A stretch of DNA of 56,311 nucleotides, the filler included, from Barthelona sp. PAP020 (lineage: Eukaryota): the NCBI GenBank assembly GCA_040182905.1. It is 3 parts of 3 records of this genome, joined end to end, with 100 filler letters (N's around TTAATTAATTAA, not from the genome) between each part and the next. Parts side by side here need not be neighbours in the genome. Positions count along the whole stretch, not along the records: positions 37,679 to 56,311 come from JARQWU010000224.1; 2 more parts are not named here. One strand, given 5' to 3'. The notes below the pieces were generated by a model. The model ran no database searches. It saw nothing but the letters and a program-made list of their open reading frames with translations, and was not told where the DNA came from. The translations under genes were made by a program, and so were the position numbers. How positions within the stretch are numbered: the first letter of the stretch is position 1; each line of letters opens with the position of its first letter. Positions 42,145-51,563 of this stretch are shown here, piece by piece.

Positions 42145-43653
42145 ATGAGTAATGATCATTCATCATTTTCACCAAAGTTTCCACTCGATTATATAGACAG
42201 TGAAAGGCTATTTTTAAGTGATGATGATATTGATATTGTATATTTAATTGAATCTTTTAGAAAAGAAGGAAGATTGGAAAAATCAGATATTAAAAAGATA
42301 TGTTTCAAAGCTAGGAATTTATTTTGGGACAGTTGGCCATGTTTTCCTTTGTCTAGTCCCTGTATTGTAGTTGGACCTTTATTGGGACATTTTTATTCTT
42401 TTTTAAACATTTTAAGAACATATGGATTGCCAAATCCGAATAGAAAAGACAGTGTCAAATATTTATTTTTGGGAGGTTACGTTGGGTGTTATGACTTAAG
42501 AATGTCTGGTCCTGTAGTTGATCCATTCAGTTGTGAATTAATTTTGTTGTTGTATGCGATGAAGATTAAGTATCCAAAACATGTTTTTCTGCTGAGAGGC
42601 CATTCAGATAACCCTTTTTATTTGTCTGAATCTGTGGCATCTAGAACTGTTGATCCTACTATTAGAAATCAATTCCCTTACATATTTAAACATGAATGCG
42701 AAGTTAAATATGATCTACAGTCTTACAGAACAATAATGAGTTGTTTGTTGAGGTTACCTGTTGCTTGTGTGTTAGATCAAAAGTATTTTTGTTTGCATGG
42801 AGGATTAACACCAGATTTTTGTACTTTAGAAAATTTCATTGTAAATATCGAAGATAACGATTTGCTTGACAATTACATAAAGTCACCATTGTTTAAATGT
42901 CTTCACAGTTCATATTTTTCTGAAAATTTACAGGACCTTGATGATGATCTCATATTACGTGATGATGGATTTGTTCAGGATTTGAAAGGCACATCATACT
43001 ATTTTACTGAAAAGAATTGTTTGAAATTTTTGAAAGATCACAGATATCTATCCATTATCAATGCAAATCCAATTCAGTTTGATGGGGTAACTCGACATGA
43101 AGCTAGTTTTGAATCTGGTGGTCATCCTTTTTCTTTAGTTATTACCATTTCGTCGTTTGCTAGAGACATCAAAAATAATGAGGAATTTTCAGGCACTGTT
43201 TTAGATATTCGCAAAGATCAGTTTAATATTTGTAATTTTAAGGCAACTGAAACACCTTATTGGTTGCCAGATTTTAAAGATGTCTTTCAATGGACCACTC
43301 CTTTTATTATTGAGAATTTTATGGACACTTTAAGTGCTTTGTTGATGAAAAGTTCTGAATTAGATGTGATTTCAGATAACGATAGAACTCAACTTCTCAC
43401 CAGAGCAAAGGCAATAAAGAAATTTCGTGAAGCTTTATTTGGTGATTCCAATAATACCCTTGTTGAAAATTCATCAATTCATTCTTCACGTTCAAGTTCA
43501 AGAGCAAACAGTAGAATGGTAGCATATGCAAATCAAATGAAATTGAGACGAACAGTTAGTATTGTTTTGGAAAATCTTGAAAATTTGAGTTTCGATTCAG
43601 ATCTTGACGAATTTGATGATTTAGAACTTGAACTCAACAGAACTTTGGTTTAA
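42145..43653 (+). CDS. Calcineurin A (PP2B)-like protein, predicted catalytically inactive; start ATG 42145
   Basis: PYWLPDFKDVFQWTTPF is the calcineurin-B-binding helix signature. PPP scaffold YLFLG, LLRG, FCLHGGL is present but the metal-ligand motifs are degenerate. Confidence 0.85.
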   Translation: MSNDHSSFSPKFPLDYIDSERLFLSDDDIDIVYLIESFRKEGRLEKSDIKKICFKARNLFWDSWPCFPLSSPCIVVGPLLGHFYSFLNILRTYGLPNPNRKDSVKYLFLGGYVGCYDLRMSGPVVDPFSCELILLLYAMKIKYPKHVFLLRGHSDNPFYLSESVASRTVDPTIRNQFPYIFKHECEVKYDLQSYRTIMSCLLRLPVACVLDQKYFCLHGGLTPDFCTLENFIVNIEDNDLLDNYIKSPLFKCLHSSYFSENLQDLDDDLILRDDGFVQDLKGTSYYFTEKNCLKFLKDHRYLSIINANPIQFDGVTRHEASFESGGHPFSLVITISSFARDIKNNEEFSGTVLDIRKDQFNICNFKATETPYWLPDFKDVFQWTTPFIIENFMDTLSALLMKSSELDVISDNDRTQLLTRAKAIKKFREALFGDSNNTLVENSSIHSSRSSSRANSRMVAYANQMKLRRTVSIVLENLENLSFDSDLDEFDDLELELNRTLV

Positions 43654-43702
43654 AGTCTCAATTGTTTGTAATTTGTAAAAAAAAAAATTTTTTATTTTTC
43701 TT

Positions 43703-44092
43703 CTTGTACGAACCTTTTCCAGAACTTTCCCAAATTAGAGACTGGGGAAACTTAGTTGACTAATAAATAATAAACCTTAATCTTTATTCTTTTCGGGGGG
43801 GGTCCAGCGTTCCTGAAGGGAACCTCTTTTTTGAGACCTACAGTTTCATAGGCTTTCGTAGGAGAGCTACGCCCTATGCGGGGTGTGAAATATTGCATTA
43901 CTAATTGCTCAAAAGAGCTTAAAGCTCCGATATTTTTAAAAATTTATCCTAATTTTGCAAGTTTTCATGCATTCACCGTGGCAGGTCAAAAATTTGGGGG
44001 TAGGTTAAGGAATAGTTCCGTACCTCGAGGGAAAAAGGAAGAATCGGAAAATTCCGATTCGCCAAAAATAACAGGCTTGTGAACAACCCTCA
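43703..44092 (+). ncRNA. Candidate structured non-coding RNA (RNase P/MRP-like layout; identity unresolved)
   Basis: Relatively GC-rich island between convergent genes with nested long-range helices, several hairpins and a long T run at the 3' end. Confidence 0.5.
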
Positions 44093-44222
44093 TTTTTTTT
44101 TTTTTTTTTTTCTTAATTCCATCTTATTTACTAATTGGTACAATATTTCCTTGCTATTTTTTTCTTTTAAAAAAAAAAGCTACATTTATTCTGAGAAATA
44201 TTTTAAAAGAAAAACTGAAACA

Positions 44223-44876
44223 TCACAAAGCTTCCTCAATAATCTCTTTCAAATTATCGATAGTCTCTACCTCTTTATTCAATATCTGTGACACATTTGA
44301 GATCGAATTGAACAATTCTAGCTGTATTTTTCCATTAAAAGAATCCAAATTCTTAAGATTCACAAAATCATTAACTTTTACAACATCAGTAACTTCATTA
44401 AGATCAAATATAACCAAATCTTGATTTATTAAAGGTATTGTCTCAAAAAATTGTTGTATCAAATTCAAATCACTGTGATAAATTAAATGTTGAATTTTTT
44501 TTGGAAATTGTGCATTAACTAAATGCTTATTTTCATCAATATTAGGTGTAACTACCGTAATATGCTTAACAAAATTTAAACTTGTCAAAAGTTTGTCTAA
44601 TTTAACCTTATCATTTCCGTTCAAAATTATTACCCTTTGAGTTTGTCTTAATTCCGTGGTGGGATTTACATAATCTGTGGAATGAAAATGCTTAGATAAA
44701 ATTTCAACATTTGCCTTTGGTAAATATTCATCAAATGAGAATAACTTGGTAAAATCTAATTGAGGATAATAATTATGTCTGAAATAAGCAAATCCAAAGA
44801 CTAAAAACGTGTTTAACAAAACAAAACTGGAACCTCTAAAAATCACATTGAATCTTCGATGATAATATGCTGCCAT
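44223..44876 (-). CDS. Single-pass membrane protein with an Arg-rich N-terminus; possible remote Tim50-like; likely start ATG 44876
   Basis: MAAYYHRRFNVIFR, then a hydrophobic helix and an alpha/beta domain. The gene is likely real; the function is speculative. Confidence 0.45.
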   Translation of the reverse strand: MAAYYHRRFNVIFRGSSFVLLNTFLVFGFAYFRHNYYPQLDFTKLFSFDEYLPKANVEILSKHFHSTDYVNPTTELRQTQRVIILNGNDKVKLDKLLTSLNFVKHITVVTPNIDENKHLVNAQFPKKIQHLIYHSDLNLIQQFFETIPLINQDLVIFDLNEVTDVVKVNDFVNLKNLDSFNGKIQLELFNSISNVSQILNKEVETIDNLKEIIEEAL

Positions 44877-45016
44877 TTTTATTATTTCAACACAAAAATG
44901 GAGGTCAGAAAGACAAGAAAAAAAAAAGAAAGCTGTATTTGTTTTATTTCTGTTCATCAAATTTTTAATTCAACTTAAATCGAATTAAATTCTTTTGCAA
45001 ACATATAATAACAAAG

Positions 45017-47566
45017 ATGAATGTGAGAAATGCGGATTCTCTTGATGATGAAAGAAGTTCATTAGATATTGAACAAACACTGAATATTTTGGATTTAGCT
45101 GATATGGAGGAAGTCTCAAGTACAGCTAATACTTCTAATGCAAATAGTCCATTGTTTTATGAACGCAATGAAAAAAATTTAAATCCAATTTTTTCTCCAA
45201 TAGATCATAGTCCTTTAAATATGTTTTTTGAAGACATTATATTTAGTGATGATGAAAATGAAAGTTTCATTGAAATTGAAAAAAATGTTGAAGAGCTTCC
45301 AAACGGCAAAGGAATGGATGATGTTTTTCTGGATATTTTTGAATCAGCAAAATCTGGTTTTCACGATGAATTTATACTCATTAAAAATGATTTAGCAAAT
45401 TCTGGACAACTACTCAATGATAAAAAAAGAATTGACATTACAGAACGGGTAAAATTTATGGTTGATATATACTTTTCTGATTCTACCACATTTTTCACCC
45501 AGATGGATGAATTTATTAAAGAGTTGACCAAATATGAATCTTCAAGTGATTCAGAATTATCTGCGATACTTGCTAGAATGCTTTCTTCCATGAATTCATT
45601 ATCAAAATTTTTTCAGTTAATACATGTCAAGAATATTAAAGCAGGCAGTGCTGAAATTTTAAAGGAAGAGAGTTCTCCAATTCATGAACCTTTTCAACGT
45701 CCTAGCAGTACAGGATCAGTCAGTATTGAGTTTAATTCTTCCGGCTCAGTGGATTCTTCGTTGAATACCTTTGATATTTCAGACAAACCTTGGGATGTTG
45801 TAAGAAATGCTTCTTTGTCCAAAAGAAGTAGAAAGCGAACCATATCAGGTGGGTTGCAATCCCCCCTACACACAAATCCAACACCTCCACCCACAGATAG
45901 TGGACCTTTGACAGTTGATGATATGATGACTTACAATGATGGTGGGACTATTTCTCGGGCAGTTTCCGCATTTTTTTCAAATCCAACCCCTGAAGAAGAA
46001 AGCATGAAGATTGAAATACCAGATGGTGATGAAGCATGGATACTTTGTCGAATCTGTGATATGTATGTGCCTATCTCACAAATTCTTTTACATACAACAG
46101 AATGCTCGCAATTGAACGCAGCTAATGTACAAAGGTATACAATCAATGATCGATTATCAAATTTGGCAGGTTCTGCTGTCAATAGAGCACGAACTCATCA
46201 TGAAATAACCACTGCACATTCTTTATTGACAACTATTGCTTCTTTGTGTAATAGAGTTTATCGATCTAACCTTTCTGATTCCTCACTTGCTTCAGTAAGA
46301 GCAGAAATCAATTCTTTGAATGCTAGAATTCAAAAGGCAGGTTCTCCTGATATGACCTTTGTGTTTTGTGCTCGATTACAGTTCCTTGTCGAAGAAAAGG
46401 CTAATGCGGTAAGAAATGCAGCAGAATTAACTTCAACTCAAAATGAATTAACCGTTTCTCGAGTTCCCAAATTTAGTGATTTCAAAAAAGAGACCATAAT
46501 CTCCAGAGGGGCCTTTGGTGTTGTTTATTTGGCAAAAAAGAAGCGAACTGGTGATTATTATGCAATGAAAGTGATGAAGAAACAAGAAATACAAAGAAAG
46601 AACATGTCTGCCAGAATGAAAAGTGAAAGGGATATTTTGATGGCTAATAATGATTCACCATATGTTGTTCCACTCGTTTGGTCCTTTCACAACAAGGATT
46701 ATCTGGTTTTGGTTATGGAGTATTGTCCTGGTGGGGATCTTTTGGGTCTTTTGCGAGAAATGGGACAGTTACCCATTGAAGCATGTCGACAATATATTGC
46801 TGAATTGTTTATTGCATTAAACTGGCTTCATTCTAGACATACCGTTCATAGGGATATCAAACCAGACAACGTTCTGATTGATGAACATGGTCACTTAAAA
46901 TTAATCGATTTTGGATTGTCAAATAAAGGTTTACATACCAGTAGCTATCCACAAACCAACAAAAAACAGGATAATGTTGTTAAACCACATCAACGACAAC
47001 ATTCTATCGTAGGTACACCTGATTATCTTCCTCCTGAATTATTGCTTGGTCTTGGACACGATACTTCTGCTGATTATTGGTCAACTGGGTGTTTATTATA
47101 TGAAATGGTGGTTGGTGTTGCTCCTTTCAATGCGACGACAAAAGAAGAGGTTTTCAATAACATTGTAAATTGCAAAATCAATTGGCAGCTTCTCGAGGAA
47201 GAAGCAGATTGCCCTGAAATACTTGATCTATTGAAAGGTTTGCTAAGAATGAAACCTTCTGAAAGGTTTACATACAAAGAAGTGCAAAATCACCCATTCT
47301 TTGCTGATATTGATTGGGAAACTGTTTATATCAGTGAACCAGTTTTTAAACCTGTTTTAGCAAATCCAGCTGATACTTCATATTTCGAGAATCGTCGTGA
47401 GCTTCGATATCCAAGCATGAATCCATTTGAGGATTTTGATGAACAACAATCATTTAATGATGATTATAAGGGGTTCTCATACATCAATATTGATGAATTA
47501 CGATTAAAAAATGAAATTGCTTACAAAGAAGCTCTTCAAAATAGTTTTTCAACTTTTGAATTATGA
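45017..47566 (+). CDS. AGC kinase of the Rim15/IRE/Greatwall-MAST group
   Basis: C2HC finger CRIC...LHTTEC, ISRGAFG, ERDIL, MEYCPGGDL, HRDIKPDN, GTPDYLPPE, and an AGC C-tail DTSYF...FSY. Confidence 0.88.
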   Translation: MNVRNADSLDDERSSLDIEQTLNILDLADMEEVSSTANTSNANSPLFYERNEKNLNPIFSPIDHSPLNMFFEDIIFSDDENESFIEIEKNVEELPNGKGMDDVFLDIFESAKSGFHDEFILIKNDLANSGQLLNDKKRIDITERVKFMVDIYFSDSTTFFTQMDEFIKELTKYESSSDSELSAILARMLSSMNSLSKFFQLIHVKNIKAGSAEILKEESSPIHEPFQRPSSTGSVSIEFNSSGSVDSSLNTFDISDKPWDVVRNASLSKRSRKRTISGGLQSPLHTNPTPPPTDSGPLTVDDMMTYNDGGTISRAVSAFFSNPTPEEESMKIEIPDGDEAWILCRICDMYVPISQILLHTTECSQLNAANVQRYTINDRLSNLAGSAVNRARTHHEITTAHSLLTTIASLCNRVYRSNLSDSSLASVRAEINSLNARIQKAGSPDMTFVFCARLQFLVEEKANAVRNAAELTSTQNELTVSRVPKFSDFKKETIISRGAFGVVYLAKKKRTGDYYAMKVMKKQEIQRKNMSARMKSERDILMANNDSPYVVPLVWSFHNKDYLVLVMEYCPGGDLLGLLREMGQLPIEACRQYIAELFIALNWLHSRHTVHRDIKPDNVLIDEHGHLKLIDFGLSNKGLHTSSYPQTNKKQDNVVKPHQRQHSIVGTPDYLPPELLLGLGHDTSADYWSTGCLLYEMVVGVAPFNATTKEEVFNNIVNCKINWQLLEEEADCPEILDLLKGLLRMKPSERFTYKEVQNHPFFADIDWETVYISEPVFKPVLANPADTSYFENRRELRYPSMNPFEDFDEQQSFNDDYKGFSYINIDELRLKNEIAYKEALQNSFSTFEL

Positions 47567-47758
47567 TTTGCACATTTAATTCAATTCTCAGTTCTGTTTG
47601 CCAATTTTAATTCTTTATTGAGTCCTTTTCCACATTTTAGTCTTGTTCAAAAAATCATTTTTTGAAAATAATAAACGTATACATACATTTTATTGTTGAT
47701 CTTCATTCAAAAACAGATGAAAAGATAAAAAATAAAAACTGTCTATCATGTGTTTACA

Positions 47759-49141
47759 TCAACAAAAGCTATTTTTCAAAATGTTAAAGAAAACCTCTTC
47801 AAACCTTTGATATTCATTTTTAGTTTGTGATACTTTTATAACAAATCTTAGTCCTTTGAAAGGAATGTTCAACTCTCTTTTTGTTTCAAAGATATGAGAA
47901 ACGAAGATTTGGTTCTGAATCAATATTTTGTTAAGTGAATAGATATCAATATTTTGGTTATTAAACTGAATTATTTGTATAGGTGAATCAATGGAACTCA
48001 TTGTTTCATAATCATATTGGTGAGAATAATTTTTTAAAATTTTGTGAAAAAGAATTGAGTTTTTTAGCAATTTTTCTCTTTCTTCTTGCATTGTGCAAAC
48101 TTTTTCCAACACTTTTTCTGCTTGGGAAACAATAAAAGATGGCAAAGAAGCAGAAAATACATATCCTAAAGCAGTCAATTTTTGATAATCAATCAAATCT
48201 GAATTGGGTGAAACACAAAACCCACCAGCAGATGATAATGATGCTACACAACTGCCAATTAAGAAGTCAATATCTTTCAAATCAATACAATACTCTTCAT
48301 ACATTCCTTTTCCAGTGTTACCATATACACCCAATGAAAAAGTTTCATCAACAATAGAATAACACTTGAATTGTTTTGCAATATTCACAATTTCTGCCAA
48401 ATCGCACTTTTTTCCAGAATTTTGAAATAAACTTTCAACAATAATAAATTTATTAAACTTTGAAGAAAAATCTCGATTGTCATCATTGAAAAAAGCAATT
48501 TTTCCCTTCAAATCAATGTAATCACAATGTTTAAAAAATACATATTTTGCTCTAGACAAATGAATTCCAGTTTGAATTGAAGATTTACACAACTCATCTG
48601 CAAAAATTACATCAGTTCTTTTTACAAAGCATGGTATTATTGAAGAAGATGTTGCATATCCAAATGGAAATGATATTGCCTTTTTAACGCCATAAAATGT
48701 TGCTAATTTCTCTTCAAAAGATAAATGTGGTTCTTCAGTACCATAAAATCCTCTAGGACCACAAGTACCAATCCCATATTGATTTATAGTATCATTACAA
48801 ACATTAATATTTTCTTCAGCATCACACAATTCAAAGAAATCATAACTAAAAAAGTTTGTTATGTGATTCTTTTTGCAATATTTGTTTAAAGATTCATTAA
48901 TTGTCAATTCATAATATTCTTCTTCACTATCCAAAGATAATAAAGGTTCGCTTTTCCAGTTTTTTATTTTTTCTTCTTCCTCCTCTTTTGTCAATGATTC
49001 ATTTTGTTGTAAATAACGAGCTTCTCTCTTTAGATATATAAAAATAACTTGCACATAGAAAAGGAATAAACATAGAAATGCAATAATTTTTGAAACCCAT
49101 CTTTTCAAACCATATTCGTCAATAAATAGATTCAAAATCAT
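47759..49141 (-). CDS. LCB1: Serine palmitoyltransferase subunit 1 (LCB1)
   Basis: N-terminal TM helix, YGIGTCGPRGFYGT, SSIIPCF.KR.D, GYVFSASLP; lacks the PLP lysine, as LCB1 does. Confidence 0.92.
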   Translation of the reverse strand: MILNLFIDEYGLKRWVSKIIAFLCLFLFYVQVIFIYLKREARYLQQNESLTKEEEEEKIKNWKSEPLLSLDSEEEYYELTINESLNKYCKKNHITNFFSYDFFELCDAEENINVCNDTINQYGIGTCGPRGFYGTEEPHLSFEEKLATFYGVKKAISFPFGYATSSSIIPCFVKRTDVIFADELCKSSIQTGIHLSRAKYVFFKHCDYIDLKGKIAFFNDDNRDFSSKFNKFIIVESLFQNSGKKCDLAEIVNIAKQFKCYSIVDETFSLGVYGNTGKGMYEEYCIDLKDIDFLIGSCVASLSSAGGFCVSPNSDLIDYQKLTALGYVFSASLPSFIVSQAEKVLEKVCTMQEEREKLLKNSILFHKILKNYSHQYDYETMSSIDSPIQIIQFNNQNIDIYSLNKILIQNQIFVSHIFETKRELNIPFKGLRFVIKVSQTKNEYQRFEEVFFNILKNSFC

Positions 49142-49233
49142 TGAAATAACAGATCAAAAAAGTTATGATGGTTTTATAAAATGTGAAAACAAATTATACA
49201 GTGCTGTTAAAAAACAAATCAAAATAGCTTTTA

Positions 49234-50331
49234 TCACTCAGTAACCATCAAAGAAACATGATTCAATGGTGAAAACTGTTGAATTTCCCCAGTTTCTTTC
49301 TTTTCACAAGCAACTTTAAACAATGATCCTTCGTATTTCCCTGGACTGACAGCAATAAATTTTAGATTAAAAAAGGAAGTAAAACCAGGTTTGATACCTT
49401 TTAAAGATATAACAGGATGAGCTGACATAATGGTATAATTATTGTTGTCAGAATCAGGGTATATATTTACATTTATTTCATCATCTCCATTGTTGATAAT
49501 ATGACCTGGAATAACAAATCTACTGCCTGCAACAACTTGTTTTGGTGGTTTTACCTTGGTATCTAACGGTATTGATCTTGGAACTCGGCAGGGTTTCAAT
49601 AAATATGAAAAAACTTTGCCATCAACTTCTAATTCAATTTCAAACGATTCAAATTCAGTTGGTATAGCCAACCCTAATGACTCTTGAGATCTTATTTCCG
49701 CTGGCAATTTCACTGTGTGGAACATCACATTACAACGACACTTTAAAATAGTAATTGGTCTATCAAGAGTAGATATAAGATTAATCAATTGCTTTTGAGT
49801 AGATCCACCAATTGCAGAAGCTGTAGGAACCACATATAAAAATTGGGAAGCATTCAACAAAATCAAAGTAGAAATAGCTGTTGTGGATGCCCTTATTCCA
49901 ATACTAATCTTCATACGACTGTTTGTATGGATTAAAATTGGGGGATGAGCAAGTTTAAAAACTACAATACATTCGTCAAAATCATTATCTACATATCGAT
50001 CAAACACCATACTTTGACTACTGTCATTAATATCCATCGGAGTTCGAGCTATAATACATTCAATATTTGCATCATTCATTCTTGAATCCTGTTTATCAAT
50101 TGCTACTTTTCCATAAATATCAGTAGGTGTTCCTAAAGCAGGATGATTATCAATAGTATGAATTTGATCAATGTAAAAACTTTGCTTCGCTTGCTTTCCA
50201 TGATCATTTTTGGAAATATACAAAACTATCAAAAAAATTTCTCCAGGTTGAAAAGTTTTTAGGGATTGGGGTTTGGACAATATAGTTTCATCTGTTGAAT
50301 CGGATGGTAAACATCGTACAGATAAATTCAT
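49234..50331 (-). CDS. TRAPPC13/Trs65-like beta-sandwich protein (tentative)
   Basis: N-terminal LSKPQSL.TF..GEIF and C-terminal SLKGIKPG.TS...LKFIAVSPG resemble TRAPP accessory subunits. Confidence 0.4.
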   Translation of the reverse strand: MNLSVRCLPSDSTDETILSKPQSLKTFQPGEIFLIVLYISKNDHGKQAKQSFYIDQIHTIDNHPALGTPTDIYGKVAIDKQDSRMNDANIECIIARTPMDINDSSQSMVFDRYVDNDFDECIVVFKLAHPPILIHTNSRMKISIGIRASTTAISTLILLNASQFLYVVPTASAIGGSTQKQLINLISTLDRPITILKCRCNVMFHTVKLPAEIRSQESLGLAIPTEFESFEIELEVDGKVFSYLLKPCRVPRSIPLDTKVKPPKQVVAGSRFVIPGHIINNGDDEINVNIYPDSDNNNYTIMSAHPVISLKGIKPGFTSFFNLKFIAVSPGKYEGSLFKVACEKKETGEIQQFSPLNHVSLMVTE

Positions 50332-50364
50332 GTCAATATATGAAGAAAATAATTAATGAGTAAT

Positions 50365-51423
50365 TTACATATATTTATCAATGTCTATATTTAATGATTG
50401 GGAACCTAAAGTAATTACAGAAAAACCATTTTCAAAAGATAATTTCACATTGGGATTCGAAACGATAATATCTCTGTAAGCCTTTGAATATAAACCTTGC
50501 TCTAATCTAAGAACAGGATCTTCCCAAGTTGTTGTAGAAATCAATTTTGCCTTTTCTTTGTTAACAACTTCATTTCTTATATTTGTTTTGGTAAGTTTTA
50601 TTATTTGCTCAATAATTTCCGAAGTAACTTCACCATTTATATAAATTCCTGCAAATTGAAACCCCAAATAAGGTGTTCTAAATGTTTTTATTTTAATATT
50701 TTCGTGTTTCAATGAAATATCACAAATATCATCTAAAGCTGCCAACTGTTCGTCTAAATATGAAATTTCAAATGGATCTTGACAATCACAGGGAAAAACA
50801 ACAAGACAATGAGTATCATTACCAAAAGCTTCAGAAAAATGATGTTTATAACATGAATTAAACTTAGGATTCATTTCAATATTCTGTTTATCATGTATAC
50901 AATCTGTTGAATTGATCAAACTGGTCCAAAATGAGGATAGTTGATGTGAACTGAAATCTGAGTAATCACCAAGGATAGAACAACCATAAGCACTTCCATG
51001 TAAACAATCTTGATGAGCTAAATCCATAAGGTATTCAAAAGGGTTAGCTTTAACAGAAAGTTCCTCTTCATTAATGACAAATTTTTCATTTTCAATTAAT
51101 GAATCATCAAAATTTATTGAATATATTCTATTTAAAAGGAAATTTTCCGCCCAATTCTCATATTCTGGCAAACAACTGATATAAAAAAAAATCCCCTCTC
51201 TACTTGTATGTGCATTCATTTTAGCCCCTCTCTTATCTAATTCATGAATAAAGGTTCGCGAATCATCAATATTTGAATCTCTAAAACATAAATGTTCAAT
51301 AAAATGTGATGCTCCAATGTTATTGATTGGTTCCTTGAAGGTTCCACCAGGTATAAAAGCCCCAACTACTTTCAATAATCTATCACACAAAGAACTTGAA
51401 GAATCAGATCTTCCAATAATCAT
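50365..51423 (-). CDS. M16 family metallopeptidase, MPP-beta-like, short and divergent
   Basis: GASHFIEHLCF (HxxEH), GAKMNAHTSRE, IENEKFVINEE (distal Glu). Confidence 0.8.
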   Translation of the reverse strand: MIIGRSDSSSSLCDRLLKVVGAFIPGGTFKEPINNIGASHFIEHLCFRDSNIDDSRTFIHELDKRGAKMNAHTSREGIFFYISCLPEYENWAENFLLNRIYSINFDDSLIENEKFVINEEELSVKANPFEYLMDLAHQDCLHGSAYGCSILGDYSDFSSHQLSSFWTSLINSTDCIHDKQNIEMNPKFNSCYKHHFSEAFGNDTHCLVVFPCDCQDPFEISYLDEQLAALDDICDISLKHENIKIKTFRTPYLGFQFAGIYINGEVTSEIIEQIIKLTKTNIRNEVVNKEKAKLISTTTWEDPVLRLEQGLYSKAYRDIIVSNPNVKLSFENGFSVITLGSQSLNIDIDKYM

Positions 51424-51563
51424 AAATTATAAAGAATTTTCTTGAATATTTATATGCATATCAATGAATACATTTCTTTTAAACTGATGTTTATGAAGGA
51501 AAGAAAATGAGAAATTGTCCCAAAATAAAATCCAAAAATTTTTACTTTTTTGTTGAATTTGTA

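Noticed and set aside
43870..44020. U4, U5, SRP, group I and group II intron look-alike motifs within the structured island
   Set aside because: Each lacks a required element: no U4 k-turn stem-loop, no GCCUUUUAC loop, no SRP helix-8 motif, no G-C pair for the P7 G-binding site, no complete domain V.
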